The notes beneath the pieces are model-generated. The model saw only the letters and a list, made by a program, of their open reading frames with translations. It had not been told where the DNA came from and ran no database searches. A DNA stretch of 64,000 nt from an uncultured Bordetella sp. (GTDB taxonomy: Bacteria > Pseudomonadota > Gammaproteobacteria > Burkholderiales > SG8-41): NCBI GenBank assembly GCA_964433345.1, contig CAYSQJ010000004.1, positions 109,381-173,380 of the forward strand, written 5' to 3'. Numbering within the stretch: position 1 is the stretch's first letter; every line of letters begins with the position of its first letter. Of the stretch, positions 38,776 through 48,513 are shown piece by piece. The position numbers and the translations under genes were made by a program.

Positions 38776-39509
38776 CCGGCCTCACGCTGCCGGAGCAGCT
38801 CTACTGCATCATCGTGCTGGTCGCGAGCTATGCGCTGCGCGGCAGCACCGGCTTCGGCGGGTTCGCGGCGATGCCGCTGCTGGCGCTGGTGATCCCGATG
38901 AAGGTGCTGGTGCCGGTGTGGACCTTGCTGACGATTTCGTCCTCGGCGACGCTGTTCGGCAAGGATCGCCGGCACGTGTCGCTGCCGATGATCCTGCGCA
39001 TCCTGCCTTCGTGCACACTCGGCATACTGCTCGGCCTCTACCTGTTCAAGACCCTGGATGCCGCCTGGCTGACGCGAGGCCTCGGCGCGCTGGTGTCCGG
39101 TTACGGACTCCATGCGCTGTGGCAGACGCGCAGCGGCAAGGCCGGCCATCCACCGCGGGCCATAGCCACCGTGGCGAGTTTCCTCGCCGGCGCCGTGGGC
39201 ACTATCTTCGGCACCATGGCCAGCCTGTTTTTCGCGGTCTACATGGATGCACTCCGCGTCACCAAGGAGCAGTTCCGCGGCACGCTGGCGGCCCTGATGA
39301 TGACCCTGGCGGTGGTGCGCGGCGTCGGCTACTGGGCGGTCGGCGAATTCGGCCGCGAATCGCTGCTGCTGTTTGCCGCGGCGCTGCCGTTCATGCTGAT
39401 CGGGATTTTCCTCGGCGACCGCATCCATACCGGCCTCAGCGAGACGGCGTTCCGTCGCGTGGTCTGCGTGGTGCTGATCCTGAGCGGAATCCCGCTGATG
39501 CTCAAGTAG
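38772..39509 (+). CDS. TauE/SafE (TSUP) family anion exporter
   Basis: 245-aa ORF with about 7-8 helices. GSTGFGGFAAMPLL motif. Confidence 0.75.
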   Translation: MTGLTLPEQLYCIIVLVASYALRGSTGFGGFAAMPLLALVIPMKVLVPVWTLLTISSSATLFGKDRRHVSLPMILRILPSCTLGILLGLYLFKTLDAAWLTRGLGALVSGYGLHALWQTRSGKAGHPPRAIATVASFLAGAVGTIFGTMASLFFAVYMDALRVTKEQFRGTLAALMMTLAVVRGVGYWAVGEFGRESLLLFAAALPFMLIGIFLGDRIHTGLSETAFRRVVCVVLILSGIPLMLK

Positions 39510-39512
39510 GAC

Positions 39513-40910
39513 TCAGGCAGTCGTCGGCGCCTGCTCATCGCGTCGTCCGGCCTTGTTTTCGTACATGCGCGCGTCGGCGGCGCGCAACAGTTCCTCCAGC
39601 GTGCTGCCGTCCTCCGGCGCGAAGGCGTGGCCGATCGAGGCGCCCACCGCGAACGGCTGTTGTGCGTAGCTTGTCGGCAACTCGACAACCTGGCGCACCT
39701 TGGCAATCATCTCGCCGACTTTCGAGCGGTCGACGTTGTCCATGAACACGATGAACTCGTCGCCGCCCCAGCGGCCGACGGTGTCGGATTCGCGCACGGC
39801 GCCGGTGATGCGCTGCGCGGTGTGTTGCAGCGCCGTGTCGCCGGCCTTGTGGCCCAGGCGGTCGTTGACCTGCTTGAAACGATCAAGGTCGATGAACAGC
39901 AGCAGGCAGCTGCGCCCCGGATCGCGGCGCAACGCGGAAAGGGCGCGTTCGACGCGGTCGCGCAGCAGCAGGCGGTTGGGCAGTCCGGTCAGCGGATCGA
40001 ACAGGGCAAGCTGGGCGAGCCGGTCGCGTTGCACCAGCACGACCAGCGTGCTCCAGCCCAGAGTCAGTGCGAACAGCCAGACCAGCCCGTGCATCAGCCA
40101 CAGCGCGAGCTGCGGCTGGGTGCCGGTCTGGCGCAGGGCAATCACCCACTTGCCGCCGGGCACGTCGACATCGACCAACTGGATACCGGATGCGGAAAAC
40201 AGGCCCGGGTCACCCCAGAATACTTCGCCCGCCATGCCGGCGCCGTTCTTGCCGCGGATGGCAATCGCGGTGCCGTTGGACGCGCTTTCGGCGACAGCGC
40301 TTTTCAGCAGCGATTCCGAATCAATCACCGACGACAGCAATCCCCAGTACCGGCCGCCGATGTAGATCGGCACCCGGTAGATCAGCCCGCTGCCGCCCTG
40401 GACCAGCGGCACCGGACCGATCAGCACCGGCACGCCGCTTTCCGCCGCACGCTTCACGTCAGGCCATTGCGCCGGGACGTCGGGATAGTGCAGGCCGACC
40501 GCCTTCTCGTTGCCGCTGAAGGGATAAATGTAGGTGACCCGGAAACCGACCGCGATTGCGAAATTGCGCACATGGCGCGCATTGCGGTGCATGCCACCCA
40601 GTATCGCTTCGACTTCCCCGCGCTCAAGGCTGGCGTGACGCACCGCGAGGTAACTGCTCATCCCGCTGGTCAGGTAGAGCACGCTGTTGAGTTCCCGGCT
40701 CAGCCTTGCACGCAGGGTCGAGCCGGCCATCAGCAGGTCGACCTGGCGGCGCGCCTCGATCTCGCGCGACTGCAGATTAACCACCAGCGTGCCGACCAGG
40801 ATGATCGACAGGCTGACCCCGGCAGCGATCAGCAGATGCAGCAGGCCCGGCCGGAACACGCCGGTTTCGCGTGGCACTGATTGCGGGGGATTCCGGTTGG
40901 CAAACGGCAT
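39513..40910 (-). CDS. Periplasmic-sensor diguanylate cyclase (GGDEF)
   Basis: 465-aa ORF. TM helix, extracytoplasmic domain of about 230 aa, second TM helix. Then DPLTGLPNR and RWGGDEFIVFM. Confidence 0.85.
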   Translation of the reverse strand: MPFANRNPPQSVPRETGVFRPGLLHLLIAAGVSLSIILVGTLVVNLQSREIEARRQVDLLMAGSTLRARLSRELNSVLYLTSGMSSYLAVRHASLERGEVEAILGGMHRNARHVRNFAIAVGFRVTYIYPFSGNEKAVGLHYPDVPAQWPDVKRAAESGVPVLIGPVPLVQGGSGLIYRVPIYIGGRYWGLLSSVIDSESLLKSAVAESASNGTAIAIRGKNGAGMAGEVFWGDPGLFSASGIQLVDVDVPGGKWVIALRQTGTQPQLALWLMHGLVWLFALTLGWSTLVVLVQRDRLAQLALFDPLTGLPNRLLLRDRVERALSALRRDPGRSCLLLFIDLDRFKQVNDRLGHKAGDTALQHTAQRITGAVRESDTVGRWGGDEFIVFMDNVDRSKVGEMIAKVRQVVELPTSYAQQPFAVGASIGHAFAPEDGSTLEELLRAADARMYENKAGRRDEQAPTTA

Positions 40911-40996
40911 GGGGCCGGTCTCATGTCCAGGAGTGCGTTGTGACGCGAGACATAATACCGGGCCTCCGTTGCGGCGCCAGTGCTGTTTGCGGCGTG

Positions 40997-41037
40997 AATA
41001 TTAAAATATATTTTAAAAACAAATACTTATAAATATT
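40997..41037 (-). repeat. AT-rich intergenic repeat, copy B (reverse)
   Basis: The plus strand reads AATATTAAAATATATTTTAAAAACAAATACTTATAAATATT. The reverse complement begins TATAAGTATTTGTTTTT, identical to copy A over 17 nt. It lies 17 nt downstream of the qor-like stop. Confidence 0.75.
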
Positions 41038-41054
41038 CCGCTGTGCCGGCTGCA

Positions 41055-42044
41055 CTAACGCATGAGTATGACCACCTTGCCCACCACCTTGCGATCACGC
41101 ACCGTGCGCAGGGCTTCCTGATATTGCGCCAGCGGAGAGGCTGACATCACATGCGGCCTGATCTTGCCGGCGACATACCAGTCGAACAGTTCGCGCTGCA
41201 CGCGCTGCACCTTTTCCGGCTGGCGGTCGCGGTAGGCGCTGTACTGCAGGCCGATCAGCGAGATATTCTTGACCAGCAGATGACCGGCTTTCACCTCCGG
41301 AATGCGGCCCTCCGCAAAGCCGACCACGATCAGGCGGCCGGACCAGGCGATGACCCGCAGGCTCGCATCGAAAACATCGCCGCCGACCGGATCGACGATG
41401 ATGTCGACACCGCGTTTGCCGACTGCGGCAAGCACCTGGTCACGGAAGGCGTCGCGCAGCTTCGGCACGTCGGTGCGCACCACGTGGTCCGCGCCATGCT
41501 GTTTCGCCAGCGCCGCCTTCTCCGCGCTGCCGACGCTGGCGATCACCGTTGCGCCCAGCGCCTTGCCCACCTGTATCGCGGCAATGCCGACGCCGCCGGC
41601 GGCGCCGTTGACGAGTATCGTTTCACCCGGCTGGTACTGGCCGCGCTCGACGATCGCGAAGTGCGCGGTCGGGTAGGCGATGCCCATCGCCGCGGCGTCC
41701 GCGTAACTCATCGAGTCCGGCATCGGGTAGCAGTTGTGCTGCGGCACCACGCATTTCTGGGCATAGGCGCCGTATTCATTCTGCGCGGCGACCCGGTCCC
41801 CCGGCTTGCAGGTGGTGACGCCGGCGCCGACCGCAGCGACCACGCCGGCCATATCCTTGCCCGGGCTGAAGGGGCGTTTGGGCAGCACCTGGTAAGTGCC
41901 GCCGATGACCAGCAGGTCGGGAAAATTGACGCTCGCGGCATGTACGTCGACCAGTACCTCGCCGGGACCGGGAACGGGATCTGCCGTTTCCTCGAGGACC
42001 AGGTTCTCGAGAGGGCCGTGTTCATGGACGATCAGTGCTTTCAA
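41055..42044 (-). CDS. NADPH:quinone oxidoreductase (zinc-independent MDR family)
   Basis: 329-aa ORF. GEVLVDVHAASVNFPD and VNGAAGGVGIAAIQ motifs. Confidence 0.85.
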   Translation of the reverse strand: MKALIVHEHGPLENLVLEETADPVPGPGEVLVDVHAASVNFPDLLVIGGTYQVLPKRPFSPGKDMAGVVAAVGAGVTTCKPGDRVAAQNEYGAYAQKCVVPQHNCYPMPDSMSYADAAAMGIAYPTAHFAIVERGQYQPGETILVNGAAGGVGIAAIQVGKALGATVIASVGSAEKAALAKQHGADHVVRTDVPKLRDAFRDQVLAAVGKRGVDIIVDPVGGDVFDASLRVIAWSGRLIVVGFAEGRIPEVKAGHLLVKNISLIGLQYSAYRDRQPEKVQRVQRELFDWYVAGKIRPHVMSASPLAQYQEALRTVRDRKVVGKVVILMR

Positions 42045-42226
42045 AATGGGGTCTCCGGGGCGGAAATTTTGCGAGGCGCGATTGTAACGCGGTCCCCGGC
42101 GGGCTCCCCGAAGGCTTCAGGCGGTGCATCGCCTGTAAACTCCGCGCTTGGCTGCCGAACTGTCCGGAATTGGCCCGGAACGGGAACCTTGACCGCCTCC
42201 CGGCGGTCTTCCACACTTCGCACATC

Positions 42227-43105
42227 ATGAACCCCCTGACCAAAACACTGCTTTTCCCGCTGATCGCGATCCTGCTCGCCGGTTGCGCCACTGCGCCGGT
42301 GAATCATGTCGCGTCGGACGCACCGTACGCGGTGCCGCTGGAGCGGATGTCCAAGGCACGCCCGGTGATCGGCCTCGTGCTGGGCGCGGGCGGTTCCCGC
42401 GGTTTCGCGCATGTCGGCGTGCTCAAGGCGCTGGAGGCGGCGGGCATCGAGGCCGACGTGCTGGTCGGCGTGAGCTCCGGTGCGGTGGTTGCGGCGCTGC
42501 ACGCCGGAGGCATGCGCGCAAAGGAACTGGAGGCGCATGCGCTGGAAATCGAGGACAACGACCTGCTCGATTTCACGCTGTTCGGTCCCGGCGTCATCGA
42601 GGGTGGCCGGCTCCAGCGCTATATCAACGACATGGTCGGCGGGCGCCCGATCGAGGCGCTGCAGAAACCGTTTGTCGCCGTGGTTGCCGAGCGTGAAACC
42701 CGCCGCATGACGGTGTTCAACCGCGGCAATACCGGGCTGGCGGTGCGCGCCTCTGCCAGCGTGCCGCGGCTGTTCTGGCCTGTGGTGATCCGCGGCACCG
42801 AGTATGTCGATGGCGGCGTGGCCAGCCGCGTGCCGGCTTCGGTGGCGCGCGAGATGGGCGCCGACATCGTGATCGCCGTCGACGTTTCCTGGCGCGGCTC
42901 CGCCGATGCGCGGCAGGCCGACATCGTGATCCGGCCGGAAACCGTGCGTTCGCGCATCACCGATTTTTCACACAAGCTCGCCAACCTCGCGGCCGGCGAA
43001 GCAGCCGCGCAGGAGATCGTGCCGCAGCTGCGCGAGCTGCTGGCCCGGGTAGCTTCAGAGAAATCGCGGCCGCTGCGCGTCGGCGCTGCCGGCCCGGGCG
43101 CCTAG
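42227..43105 (+). CDS. Patatin-like phospholipase lipoprotein
   Basis: Start MNPLTKTLLFPLIAILLAGC (lipobox LAGC) inside ORF 42035-43105. Patatin motifs GAGGSRG and GVSSG. Confidence 0.85.
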   Translation: MNPLTKTLLFPLIAILLAGCATAPVNHVASDAPYAVPLERMSKARPVIGLVLGAGGSRGFAHVGVLKALEAAGIEADVLVGVSSGAVVAALHAGGMRAKELEAHALEIEDNDLLDFTLFGPGVIEGGRLQRYINDMVGGRPIEALQKPFVAVVAERETRRMTVFNRGNTGLAVRASASVPRLFWPVVIRGTEYVDGGVASRVPASVAREMGADIVIAVDVSWRGSADARQADIVIRPETVRSRITDFSHKLANLAAGEAAAQEIVPQLRELLARVASEKSRPLRVGAAGPGA

Positions 43106-43179
43106 CGCAATGTGAACTGCGGGTCCGTCGCCGCCGGACCCCTTGTTATGATGTGCCCCTGATTCAAGGGAGTGCAATC

Positions 43180-44439
43180 ATGGCAATGAAACAGGCAACA
43201 AGCGAGGCAACAAGCGAGGCAACAAGCGATCCGCGCGCATTCGCGGGCATCAAGGTGCTGGATCTCACGCGCGTGCTGGCCGGACCCTTCTGTGCCTATC
43301 AGCTGGCGCTGCTCGGTGCGGAAGTGATCAAGATCGAGCCGCCGGGCAAGGGCGAGACCGTGCGCTGGCGCACCGAGGCCGATCCCTCATTCGGCCAGCA
43401 GGGTCTGTCGCTGGGCTTCATGACCCAGTCCTCGAACAAGCGTTTCCTGTCACTCGACCTCAACAAGCCCGAGGGCCGCGACATTTTCCTGAAGCTCGCC
43501 GCCGAATGCGACGTCGTGGTGCAGAACCTGCGCAGCGGTTCGGCCGACAAGCGGGGTATCGGCTACGAGGCGGTGAAAAAGGTCAACCCGGAAGTGATCT
43601 TCATGTCGATCACCGCCTATGGAGGCACCGGCCCCAAGAAAAGCCATCCCGCCTACGACAGCGTGATCCAGGCCTGGTCGGGTTTCATGAGCATCACCGG
43701 CACCAGGGAAAGCGGCCCGCTTAAGGCCGGCCCGCCGATCATCGATTATTCGACCGGGCTTGCCGCGGCCTATGCGGTGTCGGCGGCGCTGTTCCAGAAG
43801 CAGCGCACGGGGCGCGGCCAGTACATCGACATGTCGATGCTCGACACCAACATCATCCTGATGGCTTCGACGGTCACCGCCTACATGAACACCGGCGCAG
43901 CGCCGAAGCAGGGCGGCAATGACGCGGCGAGCCGTTCGCCGGCATCGACCACCTTCAACACCGCCGACGGCCTGATCGCCTTCGCCATCAACGAGGAACA
44001 CCAGCACCAGGGCCTGCTCAAGGTGCTGGGGCTGACCGCGTTGAACGACGACCCGCGCTTCGCCACCGGCGCCGCCCGCCGCGAAAACATCCCGGCGCTG
44101 CGCGCGCTGATGCAGGAAAAGCTGATGACGAAGACGGCGGCGGAATGGGAACCGCTGTTCAACGAGGCGGGCGCGCCCGCCGGCCGGGTGCGTACGATTC
44201 CGGAATGCATGGCCGAGGCGCAGGTCGCCTCGCGCAATCTGTTTCACAGCTTTCCGCCGGACGCGACCGGTTTCGCGAAGGACCTCAAGGTGCCATTGTC
44301 GCCTTTCACCTTTGCCCATGACGGTCCGCGTGCCGATACGCCGCCGCGCAAGGTCGGTGCCGACAGCGAGGCCATACTCGGCGAACTCGGCTACGATGCC
44401 GCGGCGATCGCCGCGCTGCGCGACAGCAAGGTGATCTGA
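43180..44439 (+). CDS. Family III CoA-transferase (CaiB/BaiF type)
   Basis: ATG at 43180 follows AAGGGAG. GIKVLDLTRVLAGPFCAYQLALLGAEVIKIE is the class III CoA-transferase N-terminal signature. Confidence 0.85.
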   Translation: MAMKQATSEATSEATSDPRAFAGIKVLDLTRVLAGPFCAYQLALLGAEVIKIEPPGKGETVRWRTEADPSFGQQGLSLGFMTQSSNKRFLSLDLNKPEGRDIFLKLAAECDVVVQNLRSGSADKRGIGYEAVKKVNPEVIFMSITAYGGTGPKKSHPAYDSVIQAWSGFMSITGTRESGPLKAGPPIIDYSTGLAAAYAVSAALFQKQRTGRGQYIDMSMLDTNIILMASTVTAYMNTGAAPKQGGNDAASRSPASTTFNTADGLIAFAINEEHQHQGLLKVLGLTALNDDPRFATGAARRENIPALRALMQEKLMTKTAAEWEPLFNEAGAPAGRVRTIPECMAEAQVASRNLFHSFPPDATGFAKDLKVPLSPFTFAHDGPRADTPPRKVGADSEAILGELGYDAAAIAALRDSKVI

Positions 44440-44459
44440 ACCCGGAGACAGGCTCCGAC

Positions 44460-45380
44460 GTGGACCCGCTGATCCTGATTTTCGCGCTGGGCGTGATCGC
44501 GCGACTGGCGCGATCGGACCTGCGCTTTCCGGAGCCGGTCTACGAGGCGCTGTCGATCTACCTGCTGCTGGCAATCGGGCTCAAGGGCGGGGTCGAACTG
44601 TCGCAGCAGCCGCTCGCCGAGGTGGCGCTGCCGGCGGCGGTCGCGGTGCTCGCGGGTTTTGCCATACCTTTTCTGCTGTTTCCCGCGCTCAGGCTCGGCG
44701 TCGGGCTGAAACGCGTCGACGCCGCGAGTGTCGCCGCGCATTACGGCTCGGTGTCGGTGGTGACCTTCGCCATCGGCGGCGCGTATCTGCAGCAGCGCGC
44801 CGTTCCTTACGAATCCTTCATGCCGGTGTTGCTGGCGCTGATGGAGGCTCCGGGCATACTCGCCGGCGTGCTGCTTGCCCGTGCCGGCGGCGCCGGTGGC
44901 AGTTCGGTATATCGCGAGCTCGCAGTGAACAAGGGTGTGGTGCTGCTGATCGGCGGCATCGCCATCGGCTGGGTGATCGGCCCCGAAGGTTTCCTGCCGC
45001 TGAAGCCGGTGTTCGGCGACCTGTTCCGCGGCCTGCTCGCGTTCTATCTGCTGGAACTCGGACTGGTGGTCGGTGGCCGCATGCCCGACCTGCGCCGCGC
45101 CGGTCCGCGGCTGGTCGCTTTCGGTGTGGCGGCGCCGCTGCTGATGGGTGTGCTCGGCCTGTTGCTGGGTCACTGGCTGCTCGGGCTGTCGGCCGGCGGC
45201 TCGGCGCTGTTCGGCCTGCTGCTCGCCAGCGCGTCCTACATCGCCGCGCCGGCGGCGATGCGCATGGCGGTGCCCGAAGCCAATCCGGCCTTGGGCATTT
45301 CTGCGGCGCTGGCCGTGACCTTCCCCTTCAATGTCTTCGTCAACTTGCCCCTGCTTGCCTGGCTGGGAGGACGCCTATGA
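44460..45380 (+). CDS. SbtA-like (sodium-dependent bicarbonate transporter family) permease
   Basis: 306-aa ORF. LSIYLLLAIGLKGGVEL, AAHYGSVSVVTF and ASASYIAAPAAMRMAVPEANPAL resemble the SbtA/DUF897 family. Confidence 0.75.
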   Translation: MDPLILIFALGVIARLARSDLRFPEPVYEALSIYLLLAIGLKGGVELSQQPLAEVALPAAVAVLAGFAIPFLLFPALRLGVGLKRVDAASVAAHYGSVSVVTFAIGGAYLQQRAVPYESFMPVLLALMEAPGILAGVLLARAGGAGGSSVYRELAVNKGVVLLIGGIAIGWVIGPEGFLPLKPVFGDLFRGLLAFYLLELGLVVGGRMPDLRRAGPRLVAFGVAAPLLMGVLGLLLGHWLLGLSAGGSALFGLLLASASYIAAPAAMRMAVPEANPALGISAALAVTFPFNVFVNLPLLAWLGGRL

Positions 45381-45697
45381 GCCTGCAAACCCATCGTCGC
45401 TGCCAGCTCACGCTGATCGCGGAATACGTGCTGGAGGAAAGGCTGATCGCGCTGGTCGGGCGGCTGGGCGCCCACGGTTACACCGTGCACGAGGTGCGCG
45501 GCGGCAGCTTTGCCGCCGACGGCGAGCACCGGCGCGAAGGCACGGGCGACACCGACCGCACCATCGAGATGAAGGTGATCTGCGAGCGCGCCGTCGCCGA
45601 GGACATCGCGCAGCAGGTCATTGCGCAGTTCGGGCCGCATTTTTCGGTGCGGCTGCTGCTGTCCGAAGTCGAAGTGCTGCGCCCCGCGAAGTATTGA
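45377..45697 (+). CDS. PII-like signalling protein (SbtB-like partner)
   Basis: 106-aa ORF overlapping the permease stop. The pattern looks like a beta-alpha-beta fold (LTLIAEYVLEERLIALVGRLGAHGYTVHEVRGG). It also has a T-loop-like charged segment and a C-terminal SEVEVLRPAKY. Confidence 0.65.
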   Translation: MSLQTHRRCQLTLIAEYVLEERLIALVGRLGAHGYTVHEVRGGSFAADGEHRREGTGDTDRTIEMKVICERAVAEDIAQQVIAQFGPHFSVRLLLSEVEVLRPAKY

Positions 45698-45709
45698 ATC
45701 GGGACGGAA

Positions 45710-46636
45710 TCAGGCCGCCGGTGCCGGCAGCGTGCGCTGCCGCGGCACGCGGTCGATGCGCCAGCCGGCAATGGCCTGCGACCAGAAGGCTGCGGTGTCG
45801 TCCGGGGCGCAGTCCGCCACCACGGACTGTCCGAGAAATTCCAGAACGGTATTGAGCAGCGGCACCGGCACTGCGGTATCGATCGCGCGCGCCAGCGTCT
45901 GCTTGGAAAGTTTCTCGCCGACGACATTGACCGCCACCGGCAGATGGGCATAGCGCGGCTCCGCATATCCGAGCAGCCGCTGCAGGTAAATCTGCCGTGG
46001 TGTCGAATCGAGCAGGTCGGCGCCGCGCACCACGTCGCTGATGCCCTGTTCCGCGTCATCGACGACCACCGCCAGCTGGTAGGCGTAGGGTCCGTCGGCG
46101 CGCTTGAGCACGAAGTCGCCGATCTGGCGCTCGATGTTGTGCACGATACGGCCCTGGACCGCATCCTCGAATCCGACCGGATCACCCGAGGTCAGCACCC
46201 GTTCGGCGCGCGCGCTGCGCCCGGGCAGCAGTCCTTTGCGGCAGGTGCCGGGATAGACCGGACCATCGATGCCGGCCACCGCCGAATCGGCGATCTCGCG
46301 GCGGCTGCAGGCGCAGGGATAGACCAGTCCGCGCGACTTCAGCTTGTCCAGTGCGGCGCGGTAGGCCTCGTCGCGGTCGCCCTGGTGGAGCACGGGGCCG
46401 TCCCAGGCCATGCCCAGCGCCTCCAGCGCGCGCAGGATCTCGTCGGCGGCGCCGGGTACGGTGCGCGGCCGGTCGAGGTCTTCCATGCGCAGCAGCCACT
46501 CGCCACCGCGTGATTTCGCGTCGAGGTAGCTGCCGACGGCAGCCACCAGCGATCCGAAATGCAGCGGTCCGGTGGGAGAGGGCGCGAAGCGGCCGCGACT
46601 GGGGACTGCGGCGGCAGATGCGGGTGAAGATGCCAT
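45710..46636 (-). CDS. gluQ: Glutamyl-Q tRNA(Asp) synthetase
   Basis: 308-aa ORF. RGRFAPSPTGPLHFGS (HIGH-like), and a truncated GluRS catalytic domain with no anticodon-binding domain. Confidence 0.85.
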   Translation of the reverse strand: MASSPASAAAVPSRGRFAPSPTGPLHFGSLVAAVGSYLDAKSRGGEWLLRMEDLDRPRTVPGAADEILRALEALGMAWDGPVLHQGDRDEAYRAALDKLKSRGLVYPCACSRREIADSAVAGIDGPVYPGTCRKGLLPGRSARAERVLTSGDPVGFEDAVQGRIVHNIERQIGDFVLKRADGPYAYQLAVVVDDAEQGISDVVRGADLLDSTPRQIYLQRLLGYAEPRYAHLPVAVNVVGEKLSKQTLARAIDTAVPVPLLNTVLEFLGQSVVADCAPDDTAAFWSQAIAGWRIDRVPRQRTLPAPAA

Positions 46637-46797
46637 ACTAGAGTGCCAGTTTACCCCCGATTGCCAGGCACCATGTCGGAGCCGAAATGAAATCCGGCAT
46701 GCCGCATTTCTTGCGGTGCCTTGCGCTGACCGGTGCCTGAGCGAGTTTTGCCTTTGTTAACCTATCGTCATTTCCAGGAATCTACAGGAGAAGCTGC

Positions 46798-47907
46798 ATG
46801 AAGACCCGAGCCGCCGTAGCCCACAAGGCCGGAGCGCCGCTGACCATCGAAACCGTCGACCTCGACGGCCCGCGCGCGGGCGAGGTGCTGGTCGAGATCA
46901 GGGCCACCGGCATCTGCCACACCGACGAGTTCACGCGCTCGGGCGCCGATCCCGAGGGCATCTTCCCGGCGATCCTCGGTCACGAGGGTGCGGGCGTGGT
47001 GGTTGATATCGGCCCCGGCGTCACCAGTCTGAAGAAGGGTGATCACGTGATCCCGTTGTACACGCCGGAATGCCGGCAATGCGAGTATTGCCTCAGTGGC
47101 AAGACCAATCTCTGCCAGGCGATCCGCGTCACCCAGGGCCAGGGCGTGATGCCGGACGGCAGCAGCCGCTTCTCGATCGGTGGCGACAAGGTGTTCCATT
47201 ACATGGGGACTTCGACCTTCGCCAACCACACCGTGGTGCCGGAGATCGCGCTCGCCAAGATCCGCGAGGACGCGCCCTTCGACAAGGTCTGCTACATCGG
47301 TTGCGGCGTCACCACCGGCATCGGCGCGGTGATCAACACCGCGAAAGTCGAGCCCGGTGCCAATGTCGTGGTTTTCGGCTTGGGTGGCATCGGCCTCAAC
47401 GTGATCCAGGGCGCGCGCATGGCCGGCGCCAACATGATCGTCGGCGTCGATCTCAATCCCTCACGCAAGCCGCTGGCGGAAAAATTCGGCATGACCCATT
47501 TCGTCAACCCGAAGGAAGTCGAAGGCGACCTGGTGCCGTACCTGGTCAATCTGACCAGGGGCGGCGCCGACTACAGCTTTGAATGCATCGGCAACGTCGA
47601 CGTCATGCGCCAGGCGCTGGAGTGCTGCCACAAGGGCTGGGGCGTGTCGGTGATCATCGGCGTCGCCGGGGCAGGGCAGGAGATCAAGACCCGGCCCTTC
47701 CAGCTGGTCACGGGCCGCGTGTGGAAAGGCACGGCCTTCGGCGGCGCCAAGGGCCGCCGCGATGTGCCGAAGATTGTGGACTGGTACATGGACGGCAAGA
47801 TCAACATCGACGACCTGATAACGCACAAGCTGAAGCTGGAAGACATCAACAAGGGGTTTGATCTGATGCACTCCGGGGAGTCGATACGAAGTGTCGTGGA
47901 GTTTTGA
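46798..47907 (+). CDS. adhC: S-(hydroxymethyl)glutathione dehydrogenase / class III alcohol dehydrogenase
   Basis: 369-aa ORF. GICHTDEFTRSG, GHEGAGVV and the CxxCxxC..C structural zinc motif (CRQCEYCLSGKTNLC). Confidence 0.9.
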   Translation: MKTRAAVAHKAGAPLTIETVDLDGPRAGEVLVEIRATGICHTDEFTRSGADPEGIFPAILGHEGAGVVVDIGPGVTSLKKGDHVIPLYTPECRQCEYCLSGKTNLCQAIRVTQGQGVMPDGSSRFSIGGDKVFHYMGTSTFANHTVVPEIALAKIREDAPFDKVCYIGCGVTTGIGAVINTAKVEPGANVVVFGLGGIGLNVIQGARMAGANMIVGVDLNPSRKPLAEKFGMTHFVNPKEVEGDLVPYLVNLTRGGADYSFECIGNVDVMRQALECCHKGWGVSVIIGVAGAGQEIKTRPFQLVTGRVWKGTAFGGAKGRRDVPKIVDWYMDGKINIDDLITHKLKLEDINKGFDLMHSGESIRSVVEF

Positions 47908-47911
47908 TCGG

Positions 47912-47950
47912 AATATTTTAAATACCTGATTTTATTGATATTTTTAAGAT
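47912..47950 (+). repeat. AT-rich intergenic repeat, copy C (forward)
   Basis: AATATTTTAAATACCTGATTTTATTGATATTTTTAAGAT begins 4 nt after the adhC stop. It is flanked by CGGAA...TTCCGG. Confidence 0.8.
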
Positions 47951-48017
47951 TTCCGGCTGCTTGGTCCTGTTGTTATACAATGTCATACGTTTTGTGTGAA
48001 GTACAAGGAGGTGTGCC

Positions 48018-48230
48018 ATGCTGGCCGTAAGGCTCGAGAAACAACTGGAAGCCGCGATTACACGTATTGCCGAAGCGACCGGCAGCACCAAGAGCAGCGT
48101 GGTGCGGGAAGCCGTGGTGCGTTATCTGGAAGACCGGGAGGACATCCTGCTTGCCGAACAGGCGCGCAAGGCAGGCGGCCGCGCGAAATCCATCGCCGAG
48201 GTCAGGAAGTCGCTTGGCCTGGACGGTTGA
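48018..48230 (+). CDS. relB: Ribbon-helix-helix antitoxin (RelB/CopG-like)
   Basis: 70-aa ORF. MLAVRLEKQLEAAITRIAEATGSTKSSVVREAVVRYLE is an RHH fold pattern. AAGGAGG RBS. Confidence 0.8.
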   Translation: MLAVRLEKQLEAAITRIAEATGSTKSSVVREAVVRYLEDREDILLAEQARKAGGRAKSIAEVRKSLGLDG

Positions 48231-48486
48231 GATTTCCGCGTTCGCGCAGAGGCAGCTCGCGAAGCTTGATCGTCCGGCAGCGGCGCGCATCCTCGACTGG
48301 CTGGAGTCGAGACTGGAAGGGCAGGGCAATCCCCGGCATTTTGGTGAAGCGCTGCGCGGGGAACTCGCCGGCCTGTGGCGTTATCGAATCGGTGACTTTC
48401 GCGTCATCTGCGAGATCCAGGATCAGCGGCTGGTTGTTCACGCGCTGTCCATCGGCCATCGCCGGGAAATTTATCGCAAGCGCTAA
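48214..48486 (+). CDS. relE: RelE/ParE-family toxin
   Basis: TTG at 48214 inside ORF 48067-48486 overlaps the antitoxin end. AWTVEISAFAQRQLAKLD...WRYRIGDFRVICEIQDQRLVVHALSIGHRREIY is the RelE/StbE pattern. Confidence 0.8.
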   Translation: MAWTVEISAFAQRQLAKLDRPAAARILDWLESRLEGQGNPRHFGEALRGELAGLWRYRIGDFRVICEIQDQRLVVHALSIGHRREIYRKR

Positions 48487-48513
48487 ATCAGCACGAACCC
48501 TCTTGATATCTCG

